From assembly GCA_013239625.1 (NCBI GenBank), contig MU053758.1, positions 806,001 to 870,000 on the forward strand: a DNA stretch of 64,000 bases, read 5' to 3'. Below are positions 22,931 through 34,485 of this stretch, piece after piece. The position numbers and the translations under genes were made by a program. The number at the start of each line of letters is the position of its first letter. Positions within the stretch are counted from its first letter, which is position 1. The DNA comes from Lama guanicoe (lineage: Eukaryota). The notes beneath the pieces are model-generated. The model had not been told where the DNA came from and did no database searches. It worked only from the letters and a program-made list of their open reading frames with translations.

Positions 22931-23426
22931 ATCATTGTAGAATATTGTTCCTTGAAAATCTTTTAAAGTAGGGTGACTAACCATCTATCTTGAATGTTAC
23001 ATATTTATATCTAGGAAGATAAGGAATTGGCCCTAATGATTTCTTGAAGGACCATTTTCTGCTTCTGGGGAAATGGGAAACATGTACAAATGCGTAGCCC
23101 CTTCTCTAATCTGGTTGGATTATTGTCAAAGTCTCTTGTTTTTTTCTCTCCATCCTGTTGTAGACTGCTAACAATATTACTGATTAGTATGACATTCTCA
23201 AAAAAAAAAAACCTGGAGAAATTCTGAGACCTCGCATGCCAAAGTCCTCATTAAATGGATGCCTGCCTTTGGTTTGAGTGTCCTAAGACTGAATACATAG
23301 ATTTCCACTAGAAACAGAAAACGTTAGAAGTGTAGTGCGTTCAATACTCACTGTCTTCTCCCTGGCCAGCATGATAACAGTTGAATGAGTTTTCAAATAT
23401 CTATGAATTTCATTTATTATTGCTCT

Positions 23427-23663
23427 CCCCCCAGCTTTATTGGGAAATAATTGACAAATATAATTGTATATATTTAAAGCATACAACATGATGATTTCTT
23501 ATACATACTGAGGAATGATTACCAAGATGAAGATAATTAACACATCCATCACCTCACACACTTAACTCTCTCTTTCTTTTTCTTTTTTTTTTTTCTGTTT
23601 TTTTCTTTTTTGGCTAGAATGCCTAAGATCTACTCTGAGCAACTTTCAAGTATAATATTGCAT
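23427..23663 (-). mobile_element. 5'-truncated L1MA-type 3' end with 14-bp target-site duplication
   Basis: 'ccagctttattgggaaataattgacaaatataattgtatatatttaaagcatacaacatgatg...aacacatccatcacctcaca...taagatctactct'. TTTATTATTGCTCT occurs at 23413-23426 and 23664-23677. The right flank reads TT/AAAA on the minus strand. Confidence 0.88.
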
Positions 23664-26600
23664 TTTATTATTGCTCTTTTAACAGCCATTATTGCTGATA
23701 AGAAGAAATGCAAAGAAAATTTTGCACTATTTTTTCTTTTTTTCCTTTACCTTAAGAAGATATTAAAGAGAAGCTTACTTTCTTTTGTATACTACAGTAA
23801 CTATTACTATTTTTAGAAGTTACAGAGTTCAGCCCCAATAATTCATTTTTATTTAACATTTACGAGTTTGCTGGGCACAAGAGCTTCCACCATGTTACGG
23901 GTTTTTATAGCAACCTTATTCCTAAAATGATAAAGGAAAGTTTTGCTTTTGAAAGACATCCTTGTCTAGAAATATAAGTTTAATTTTATGGTAATATTAT
24001 TGATTTATTTAGCTCCCAGAATTGATTTATAGGTTTTTTTTTAAGGTATGCAAAGACCTCATTTAATTCATACTTAGGCCAGGTTTTTCCTGATGACATG
24101 TTCTTTAATCATTACTTGTTTGTGGTTCGTGAGAGACTATTTCCTGGTATAATCGACATCATTGATAAGAAACTCATCCTTCTTTCCTTTTGGCCTGATT
24201 TTTGTTCCTGGGCTATTTTGTATACCTTTGAATCTCTTGTCTTATGAAATATTCTGATAATCATGCTTCTCATGCTTTTTTCACTTGTTGATTACTTTGG
24301 TTATGTGTCCATTTGTTAGATGGTTTCATATAAGGGATATTTTAGATACTTGGTCATAAGCTTCCTTATCAAGGCTTCAGTTTTTATTAAAGGAGAAGCA
24401 TCATCTCAAAAGCAATATTCAGAATTTTAATATAACTCTTCTGATCTAGTTGTGGAGCACCATGATCTGCTGTGATTTCTTATGTCCAGAATACACTGAT
24501 GGAGAAAATGATAGGCTTCTCCACGTTTGTCACTATTTTCCCAGTTGGGAGAAGTCTTCACCTGTTCTTTCATAGTAGCTTAAATATCATTCTAGCTCTA
24601 TCCGTAAGTTGTGTGCTCCAGGGCTATAGAAAGGATGTAGCAGGTGAAGATCTTTCCCAAAGGAGGTTCCTCTGGAGGTGAGAGGACCTTGGGATCTATG
24701 CTTGAAGTGCTTCTGAACACGTGAAGGACACTTGAATCTGTAAAGGACTGGAAACTAGTGAGACACAGCTCTAGTTTCCACTCCTGATTGTCTGCCTGCC
24801 TTTTGCCATTCCACTCTATTTCTATCTTTTTTTTTCCACTGTCAGAGAGCCATCAAAACAAAGTTCTAGACCTCATTTGTTCCAGAGAATTTCTATCAAA
24901 AGGTTATTCTCATCACTCTGTGTATTTATGGTTTCCTTCAGATGTTAAAGGTTAGTGTTTCCTTTCTGTCTCTACTTCAAGAGGGTCATTTATATTAAAT
25001 TGGGAATACTCAAGTCTTGAAAATGTTGATGCTAATAATAGAAAACCTTGATTTTTAAGAAAGCGAAGATTTTTAAATCATCAGTTGCTAATACAAATAA
25101 AACCATTTGTATTATACCTACGTGATTCCAAACTCCTGAGAGTCTAACAGTGATAGTGGAGACAGCAAACTTGTGAAACTAGTTTATTGTGTCAGAAAAG
25201 CCAAGTAAATGAAGATAGCGGTCTTGATGCAATTTTAAGTGAGACCTCTTAAGCGGGCCACCCAGCATGAAGTCAAAATGAGGCAGCCTCCTGCTTTGGG
25301 TAGAAGATAATTGCCATCTGAGGTCAAAAAGAAATGATGTTCTTGATATAGAATTGCATCATTAGGTGTATTATTGGATTTGGGTTGGTGAGAGTAGAGC
25401 TTTCCTCTGAAACATCTGTTCTCTGTCAGAGCATCATGGCAAAAGGGATGGACCACCGGTCTGTTTCAATATGGCAATTCCTGCATAAGTATATAGAAAC
25501 ATAAATGCCTTCTTAGGCCATTGTGAATTATGATGCTGTATACGAAATCTAAAAATCATTATTTTCGCTGCTGTGTCATTTGCCCTTCTCTGTTGCCGTG
25601 AGATCTTTAACAGTATTACGTTTTCTAAACTTTTCCTTTTTGTTGATACTGGTATTTTGGATAATTTTTCTCCCAGACATGTTGATTACAGTTTTTTCTT
25701 GATTAAATTCCATTTTACTCTGTTCTTGAAGTACTTCAGTTTCTACCGCTACTCCACCCTTTGCCTGTTTTTGTGGACCTTTGTGATACCGTCTAAGTTA
25801 ATGTCTCATGAGAGTTTAATATAAGCACCCTGAAGAACCCAACTAGCTTCTTATTTGAATTATAACCATTGAATTGTTATAATTCAAGTAAGAAGAGATG
25901 AAGAAGTTATTTATTTCAGTTCCTTTCATTTACAGATAATGATACTAAGTTACCAGAAGTGTTAAGTAACTTGCTTATTATCATTTGTTTTCTACATTTA
26001 TCTAATTTTTGGTACATAAAAATTATTCATGTCCAAGTCTTTTTGAGTTTTTTTCAAAAGGAGATTTTTGTGGGCTTTTTGTATGACCAGCCTACTGGTC
26101 TAAGTATAGAATTATGCTTTGCTTAGTCCAAAACTTTGAGCACTTTAATTTGATCATCCTTAAACTTGTTTCTATTGCATAACTTTATTTCTTAAGTTTA
26201 TTCACTACAGTATTTGTCCTAAGAATTATTATTTGAATACCATGTTTATGATATTTCTACTTCTGTTTGGGAATTGACCTCTAAAAAAAGATGAAGGTTA
26301 TCTGATAACTTAGGTTTAGTCTCTGTGTTCATCGTTCTTTTTATCAACATTAGGACTGTTTTTCCCTCCATTATCATATAAGGAATTGGTGATTTTTCAT
26401 AGATTCATTTCCAGTACGTGTCTTTTTTCTTCATTCAGCCTTGTCAACAGATGAATGCCCATGAACATCCATCTGAGTGTAGTCAAGGATCATCTTTCAA
26501 GGTGGCTCCAAGGGGCTGTCACCTCTCACTCCTGCATGAGCAGCTGGACCTCAATTTGTCATGGTCAGGATGTGACTGTCAGCCCCACCCAAAATCCAGG

Positions 26601-26879
26601 GGCTGGGTACCTGCTACATGTTGGATGTGGTGAGGAGTAAAATAAAGGGTCAGACTGGGATTTTTTTTTCCTGCCAAGGCTACTAATGGAGACAGGATCT
26701 AGATGCAAATAAGCATGGTACAAAAGAAACAGAAATAGGCCCTGTAAGGCAGATGTGATTCTGATGTTAAGGAAGTTGAGAAAAGAGAGAGCTGAATTTT
26801 AGCTGATAGTTCGTACTAATGTAGTACGTGAACATTCTTTTGAGGTTTGTTTTCAAATGAACAGCAGGTAGAATATCTG

Positions 26880-27530
26880 TCAGTTGCTTTGATGCTTACA
26901 GTTGAGGACTTGTGTGCTAGAACTAGGTTGTTGGGGACACAGAGATGAAACTGGCAAAATCCCTCACCACATGGACCTTATATTTTACTTAGTGGGGATA
27001 CATAGTATAATGTCAGGCCACGCATGGTGAGTGCCCTGAAACAAAACAAAACAAAAAAACACCAGAGTGCACAGAAAGTGACTGGAAAAGGATGGCAGTG
27101 GGACTCTGAGACAGTACTCAGAGGGGAACATTGAGGAGAGACCTGAATGAAGTGAAATCAAACCAGGCAGGGATCCGTAGGAGGAGTATTCCAGGCAAAA
27201 GGAACAGCAAGTACAAAGGCTTCGAGATAGAAACCATCTTGGAGGGTTCAAGGAATAATTAATAAACCTGTGTGGCTAGAGCTAAACGAGTGGGACAGAA
27301 TGAGGAGATGATGTTGAAGAAGCAGAAAGAACTGAATCCTGGAGGGCCTTTGAAGCCATTGTAAGGTATTTGGATTTTATTTTGCATATGATGGGAAGCA
27401 ACTTGTGAGTTCCAACCAGAGACTGGCATGATATAATTTACATTTCTAAAAGATTTCTCTAATTACTCTTCATAGAATTGATTAGAAGGGGCATAGGAAT
27501 GGAAAAAGAGAGAGACCAGGGTAAGGTATA
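26880..27530 (-). mobile_element. L2a-like LINE fragment
   Basis: 'ggggacacagagatgaaactggcaaaatccctc...gagacctgaatgaagtga...attccaggcaaaaggaacagcaagtacaaaggc...ccattgtaaggtatttggattttatt...ggcatgatataatttacatttctaaaagat'. Confidence 0.85.
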
Positions 27531-29399
27531 CTAGATGATTCACAGCAGATGAGAAGAAAATACTGGAATATGTGTGTGAATGAAATTAAGCTTTTCTGAT
27601 AATAACAGATTAGTGGTAGTATATGTATTTAATTTATAAATTAATATAGATATATTTTGTGTCCAATAAAAAATTTACAATTGGGGCAATCAATTTTGAA
27701 AAGTTTAAGAACCACTGTCTTAAGGGAGAGATGATGGTGGCTATTGTTGGCTTCCAACATCTTTTCTTTGGAAATGTAATAATCATTTTTTGTGCGCTTT
27801 TATTCGTTTTCTTATCACTATGTAGCAGTGGTTCTTCTTGCCATAAAAATGAGCATGCACAGGCAAGCACACACGCACATTTGCATATAATTTCAGGGTG
27901 TTCACAGATACCACATTAAGAATCTCAACTGTAGACGATCATTTCACAACACACTCCACCCAAGAGATATAACATTTGTCCTTTTTTCTGAACATTCTAC
28001 TCCAGCATTTCTATCCCTGTTTGTGTCAATTCTAAAATTAATATATAAGTGCAAATTTTTAATTTACCCTTCAAGTCTAGAATTCTGATCTGCAAGTGAA
28101 CACAGTTTCTTTTAGTTCTATTTTGCTATCCATCCATTTTGACAAGGAATTATCTATCTGGAGGTTCAGAATAATGGCAAACACGTTATTTCTATTTCTG
28201 TCACAGCATAGGTACCCCACTTCTCTGTTTCCTGGAGTGTTGCCTAATATACCAGTATTCACATATATTGATAAAGGTCCTTGTGATAGCCAAACAAAAG
28301 TTAGAAGCAATGTTTTTATAAATAAGTAATGTGACTTTAACATGGACTCCGGCCATCTGCCTATATGTTTGTTTTCATCAGGGAAGTTCTGTGACACTCT
28401 TCTGTACTTCTTTCATTATACCTCAAGCCCTTGGGCAGAAGTAAGAGTAGAAATCAGGCATTTTTCAAGTATTCCTCAAGTTCTTTATTATTTTTGTGCT
28501 TTTATAAAGAAGCAAATTTGTCCTGTCCTCTTTAGAAAACTCTGTTTAATGGCCCAGCATCGTGGGAACCTTTCAGTCTATTTTGCAATGTCTATCCAAT
28601 TCTAGTTACACTTGACATCATAAAAAGTTAATCTTTTAAAGATATGCCTCAGTGCACACTGTGATAATTTCCTACTTAGAAAGTTTGCCCGCATACTTTT
28701 TTTTCTTTTCCTGTTTGCTTAGGCCTTTGGTTTCAAAGTATAATTAAAACTAACTGCTGAGACTAAAATGCAGATGCTGGTCCACCACGGCGATCAGGTG
28801 AAGGATTACTTTTTCTTTCACGTTGTTTAGTTCTTGTGAGAGGACTCAGGTAGCTCCAGCAAAAAGAACAGGTGATTCAACTTCATAGGTGTTTTCTTTC
28901 CAGGCCTTTTGTCCCCCTCCACCTGTAATGCCTCTTAAAGTTTGGAGTGATGTGATGCAAACATGACATAAAGGAAACTTGACTGTCATTTCATTTGTGA
29001 GAGAACATGATGTCTCTGAACATAAACTATGACATAAAGAAGTTGATACAATTTCTTCTTTGTTTATTCTTTGCTGTTGAGCTTTATGCAATTCATCTTT
29101 ATTTTTCAGTTGTCTAAGACAAATACTGAAAACTCTGTGGTTTCAGTTTATTCCTTTTAAAAATATAAGTTGAGGTAGAGAGAAATACAAATACATTTTT
29201 CAAAGTCAATTTATATAGTTTCTATTAACTCTAATTTTGCTTTTAGATCACATATTTAATTTTTTTAATGTATTCCATGATTTAAGTTTTCTTATTAAAG
29301 TCTTTATTTGGGATTTATTGCACTAAATTTAGTGGACACCTTCCCCCCCAACACACACACACACATTCCCTTTAAAAAAGACAATCCCCCATAGTTTAA

Positions 29400-30400
29400 A
29401 TTGATTATACTAACTCTGTTGGTATTGCCTCTGTCTGCGTTATAACCTGAAGTTTGTAAATTATTAGGATAGAGTCAGAATCACAATAGATTGATGCTAA
29501 GAAGTCAGATAATTTCAGGATCTTGTGGGAACTTTCTAGCTTCCACTCTTTTATCTCCTCAGAAGACTTTTTCATGAAAGACGGGGATTAGTGACGACTT
29601 TCTAATGCAGAGTTTGTCTTTAGTTTTTTGTTTAAAAATGACACTTTGAACATGTAGTGCATAATGCATTTGAAAGTCTGTTGCCAAGCAGCTTGAAACC
29701 TAGGGGGCATTGTTGAATTTGAAGGAATAGTGGGTTCAGGGAAGGGGCCAAAAGAAAACTTGAGAAAAATAGAGTAAGACTGAAAGTGTTTTATGATAAT
29801 TAGAATAAAAATTGGTTATCAGAACTTCACGGGTCAGCTTCTGTTCACACATTTAGCTTTCACCTTGCAAAGAAAGGGATGTATCAGGTAATTAGGTCAA
29901 ATCAATGATTATATATCTTTAACTCAAGTGGAAGGGACTGTAATTGTGATGAAATTTGTCTGAAGGGGAACGCATGGGGAATCTTGTCAAAGGTCATGGG
30001 TTCAAAGGGGAAATTAAGTTCAAGGTTCGGTTCCTGTTCACACATCCCCACCAATAGTGCATAGCAAGAAACCAAACAGCCAGTATTTCTCTAAACAAGT
30101 TATTTTATCATTTTGAAATAAGCAGAATCTTCCTTATTCATATCCCTTAAGGGATACAGAATTTAAGCAGTTAAACCTCCTTAACAGGGCATTTTCTCCT
30201 GACATGGACAGAAAGAATACCTCTAATACTATATTTCTTGCTTGTTGGTTTCTTCTTCTTTGTAGCTGCTCACACACAGGACATCCAGCTGCATGGAATG
30301 CAAATAAATAGCCCATCTCCAAGAGATCACGTGGCCACGTGCCCCCTAATGCAAATTCCTGACTTACAAGATAACAATAAAATATTTTAAGTTTAAGATT
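29400..30400. promoter_or_regulatory. Candidate enhancer: DR2 RARE, DR1, DR5-like, RORE, octamers, tandem E-boxes, CTCF-like motif
   Basis: AGGTCAtgGGTTCA 29991-30004; AGTTCAaGGTTCG 30017-30029; GGGTCAgcttcTGTTCA 29831-29847; TAATTAGGTCA 29889-29899; ATGCAAAT 30298 and 30349; CACGTGGCCACGTG 30328-30341. No recognisable repeats. Confidence 0.6.
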
Positions 30401-30440
30401 GGAGGTAACAGGGAGATAGCTAAGAAAGTTGTTTGGGGCC

Positions 30441-30490
30441 CTCCTTCTCTCCCTCTCTTTCTCTCACTCTCTCTCACTCTCTCTCTTCCT
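30441..30490. repeat. CT-rich simple repeat
   Basis: 'ctccttctctccctctctttctctcactctctctcactctctctcttcct'. Confidence 0.8.
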
Positions 30491-31399
30491 GAATTCAGTT
30501 TCCCCTTAAACTTGACAAAGTGGAACCAAAATTCACCTTTGTCTTGGTTATTCTTCTGAAACAAAGGGTCTATTCTTCCTTTTAATGCATGTAGAACTTC
30601 CATTAAGGTTGACCGTAAGCTCTTGCATGGGATGAAAAAAGAAAAAGCCCTCAAATCTTTTCTTTACCCTGGTATGATTTTTAAAGGACAAACAATAAGA
30701 ACATAGTTTCATATAGTGGTAAAGAAATCCTGGCTGAAGGGACGTGGCCTTTAAAAGCCAATGCCCTTTAAACATTCTGGATTCCATGTGTAACCTCAAT
30801 ACATTAAAATTTTTAAGATTGTTTTAATGTTTTAAGAAAGAGAAATATATGCAAGAAAAAATATATAATTGTTTAAAGCAAATCAAGAAAGTTCTTGCAG
30901 ATATTTTTAAAATATTTTTTCACCCAATCAGGTATTACATTTTCAGCTCATAATGTGACACTATTACTGACTGGAAACCAAGAAGCATAACTGGTGAAAG
31001 AAAACCTCATCAGTCTGTTTTGTCTATTCTGCAGGGATCGGTGTATGTGGATCTGCAACCACACATGCCCCAGGACTCCCAACAAACTGGGCTAATATGA
31101 TTCATGTAACAGAATACAGAAATATTTCAAATATAAACATGTGACCAAACTCCAGATGCTTGTGTCCTCCCTAGAAAGATTTTCATTAAAGTAGACTTTT
31201 GCCATAAAACAGGACAAGAAGGCATTTGATGAAAGTCTATCCATATTTTTGCTAATGAATTTCCTTGTGTTTATCACGTCTGATGCTTGGATGGACTTCT
31301 TATCCTGGGGTGTCTTCTTGAACAACTCTATCTTTTTTGTGTCCCAGTAGACATGATTTTGGTCTGTAAACTCTAAGATACTTGCCAAGTTTTAACAGA

Positions 31400-32760
31400 A
31401 AAATAATCTCTGACAGATTGTGATTGATAAACTATTTGGGGATAAACTATTTTGGAATAAACAGGCCTGTGAGTGGAGAACATTCTGGGAGACAGGTGCC
31501 TCACTTGACTGAATGGGTTTGAGAAGGGAGGATAAAGGGCTGGGGCAGTTCACACTCCGGTTTAACTCTAGCAACTAAAATTTCTACCCTAGTAAAATTT
31601 AGAAGTTCAAGGAACAACATTGCCGTGATACTAATGACCTTTGAGGGCGTATAGAGTTCAGAGTTCATTTTCTGTTTACAGCATCCTTTGCTGTTCTCTC
31701 TCTTACCCTTCCCCCTTCAAAAAAAAAAAAAAGCAATTATTTAGGACATTGTGACATTCAGCCTGGCTAATTTTTATACAAAAACAGAGAGAGTGTAAAA
31801 TATAGCAGTTAAGTATTAGTAATGGATAGAACTAGGGGTGCCCAATGTGGAGAGAGGGTATCTCCTGAGCAGTTCAAAGTTCATTCTTTGTTCACATATA
31901 ATGAAAAGTCTTCAGTTATCAGGTATTTAAACCCAAATCAGCAGTTCCATATCCGTAACCTGAGCTGAGTGTTCCTCCATCTAATGGCCATGCTGCTGTC
32001 GTTTGCAGTGAGTTGGGTGACATTCGATTTGTACTCCGAGACGGGAACAGATGGGCTTTCATTGTGAGGCTCCGCCTGTATGCAAATGTGAACCGAGTTT
32101 CACCCGATCCCGGGGCCTGACCTGACCGTGCACATGCATTTACTCAACGTGGCTCAGCCTGGGGGGGCGGCGAAGGGGGAATAAAAAATGGCAATCGGAT
32201 AGTACCAGCGGCAGGTCAAGTTTACCATCCGTCTTTCAGCGGGACTGAGATGGCAACACAGTTATTTAGTTTCAGTGTTGATGTGCGTTGCAATAAACTC
32301 CATCATTTCACCTGTTTATGAACCCAGCCTCGTATGAGATCTCTGTGAAATCAAACAAAGCTGGCAATCAACTCTCTTGTTTCCAGCAGAATGGGGGATT
32401 ATGGACTTTTTTTTTAAGCATCTTTATTTTTTTCCCTAGCCTCACATACATAAATCAATGATTTTTTTTCCCCAGCCCTTTTTATTTCTTACATTGAATT
32501 TATTAATTTCTTATTTGGAGGGAACAAAATACATTTTCCCCAAATGCTTTTTGTTTCAAATTAAGAAATATGATCATTAATGTCAGAATAAACAACCAGC
32601 ATTTTAGATGTCGATTAACTGTTTTGCATGTACCCAGCAATGTACAGTATCTAATAAATCTTACAATTAAATGTGCAGCCCTTCATTAGAGTGAAAATAT
32701 GAACAGCTGTAATCATACACATTCTACTGACAGAGAAAAATTTGGTTTCATTTGTAATTT
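31400..32760. promoter_or_regulatory. Candidate enhancer with CpG-rich core: MEIS+PBX-HOX module, two DR1, two Hox-type DR5, octamer/SOX
   Basis: TGACAG 31411 + TGATTGAT 31421; AGTTCAgAGTTCA 31655-31667; AGTTCAaAGTTCA 31871-31883; minus-strand GGGTGAaactcGGTTCA 32089-32105 and GGTTCAtaaacAGGTGA 32308-32324. CpGs are dense at ~31950-32340. Confidence 0.6.
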
Positions 32761-34327
32761 TTCACACTGGGATAGAATGAGAGATGGATTGAAACAGGAC
32801 TGTTTCTGTAACTGTGGGCTTTTTCTTCACATGTGCAGAAGGACCACAAACCAGTGTCTCTGACTTCAGGGTCTGACAGCAGTGATTTTCCTCAATTTTC
32901 TTCTCTCATGAAAGTAAAATTTCTCTTGGGAAACATATAAGCCCTTGGCTAGAAAACCCATAGGACAGACACCCCCAAACTGTAGCAAATAACAAATTGA
33001 TGCATTTCTTCAGTACATCTGTTCTTTAAGGGGTTCTGTTAACTGATGTCTGAAACTGGCATAAAAGAAAGAGTTGCCAAGAATATAGTGAAAGTTGATG
33101 CATACAGCAAAAGTGCTTCTGGCAACAAAAGACACCGCTTCTGGTTGCACATACGTATTGCTCAGGATGGAAAAGGGGTCTTTTAAAATTGTATTTGTGC
33201 AAATGTGGGCAAAACCAAAGCAGGTTTCCCTTAAAGAAAGGTGCTAAATTGTCTCTGCAAAAGGATTCCTCTCCACTGCCCCTTATTCCAGTCCTCACTC
33301 CAAGGTGCAAGGCCAACATATCAGGATAGCATTTTCAAGCAGTTCTAAAGAGTTAGGCTTGAAATAATTCCAAATAGAAATAAATGATCAGGACTGGGAC
33401 TAGCATTTGTCTACTAGGCACCTAGTAGTAGCTGACAGAGATAATAAAGAATAAAGAGTTGCATGACAGTATAGCAGGTATTAAAAAATGTCAGACTTCT
33501 TCCCTTGGCCATTGAAAATTGATTTGCTTATCTCGCTTGGTCTCTAAATATGTAATTCCATCTATTTGGAATAGGTATGGATGGCATACATGTGGACCTG
33601 TATGTAATATATACATACCGACACATACATATATATTTACATCTATGTATACAGCTCCTTCCTTATACAAACAAGGATTTATGTGAATGCAGGATTTTAT
33701 GTCCACATAAACTTTTGCTCATGGTTGAATTATTGTAGGTCACCTTAAGTTAAGGATATCATTTGTACCCTTAGAAAATTTGTTTGAGAGTTGTCAAGGC
33801 AGTGCTTACAAGGGAATTTGAAATGTTTATTTACTTAAGAAGCGGGGGACTCATGTGTTCTAAGTTTAACAAAAGGCTTAACAAAGTTATATTCTGGCAT
33901 GAGTAAGATACTGAAGTTTTTTTTAATATAGTGAAAAAAGAAAATTACAATCACATTAATTAAAATTACAAAAGTTACAACATGAATATTGTAACCAAGT
34001 TATTAGAACCACCACTTCCAGTTGTTTGCTTCAGTAAAATGACACAATTGCTAAAGTATTATGTAACACAAGCTTGAGAGGTGGAAATCAGTAGTTTATT
34101 TTTTAATATCTGTTGAAAGCAATATCATGAATTTTGAAGAAATGCTTATTTTTTTAAGTTTCTTGAGGAGGAAAAGCTCAGACATCATAAGTTATCCCTG
34201 ATCAGAGCATTCAGGTATCTAGAAAATTATACTCTTTGTGTCTTTACAAAATCCATGAAAGTTCATTTTCCTCAAATGTTTGTGTCACAAAGTACTTGCA
34301 AAAGAGGAGGTATTGAGCTAAAATAAA

Positions 34328-34485
34328 TTAATGATAATAATGGCAAATTTATATCGCTTTTATTATGTACAAGGACTCTTGTAAGTGCTTTACATATATT
34401 AACTCATTTAATCCTGACAAAAATTCCATAAGGAATAGGTCCTATTTTTATCTCCATTTTACAGATGAGGAAAATGAAACTTGCT
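34328..34485 (-). mobile_element. MIR SINE 3' half
   Basis: 'gtaagtgctttacatatattaactcatttaatcctgacaa...tctccattttacagatgaggaaaatga'. Confidence 0.85.

Noticed and set aside
22435..22935. Longest ORF (166 aa, minus strand)
   Set aside because: Lies wholly in a decayed L2 and shows no intact RT motifs.
28775..28800. REST/NRSE-like CACCACGG
   Set aside because: Lacks both the TCAG left part and the ACAGC right part of the motif.
32160..32180. G-rich run as a G-quadruplex
   Set aside because: Does not give four clean G3 tracts.
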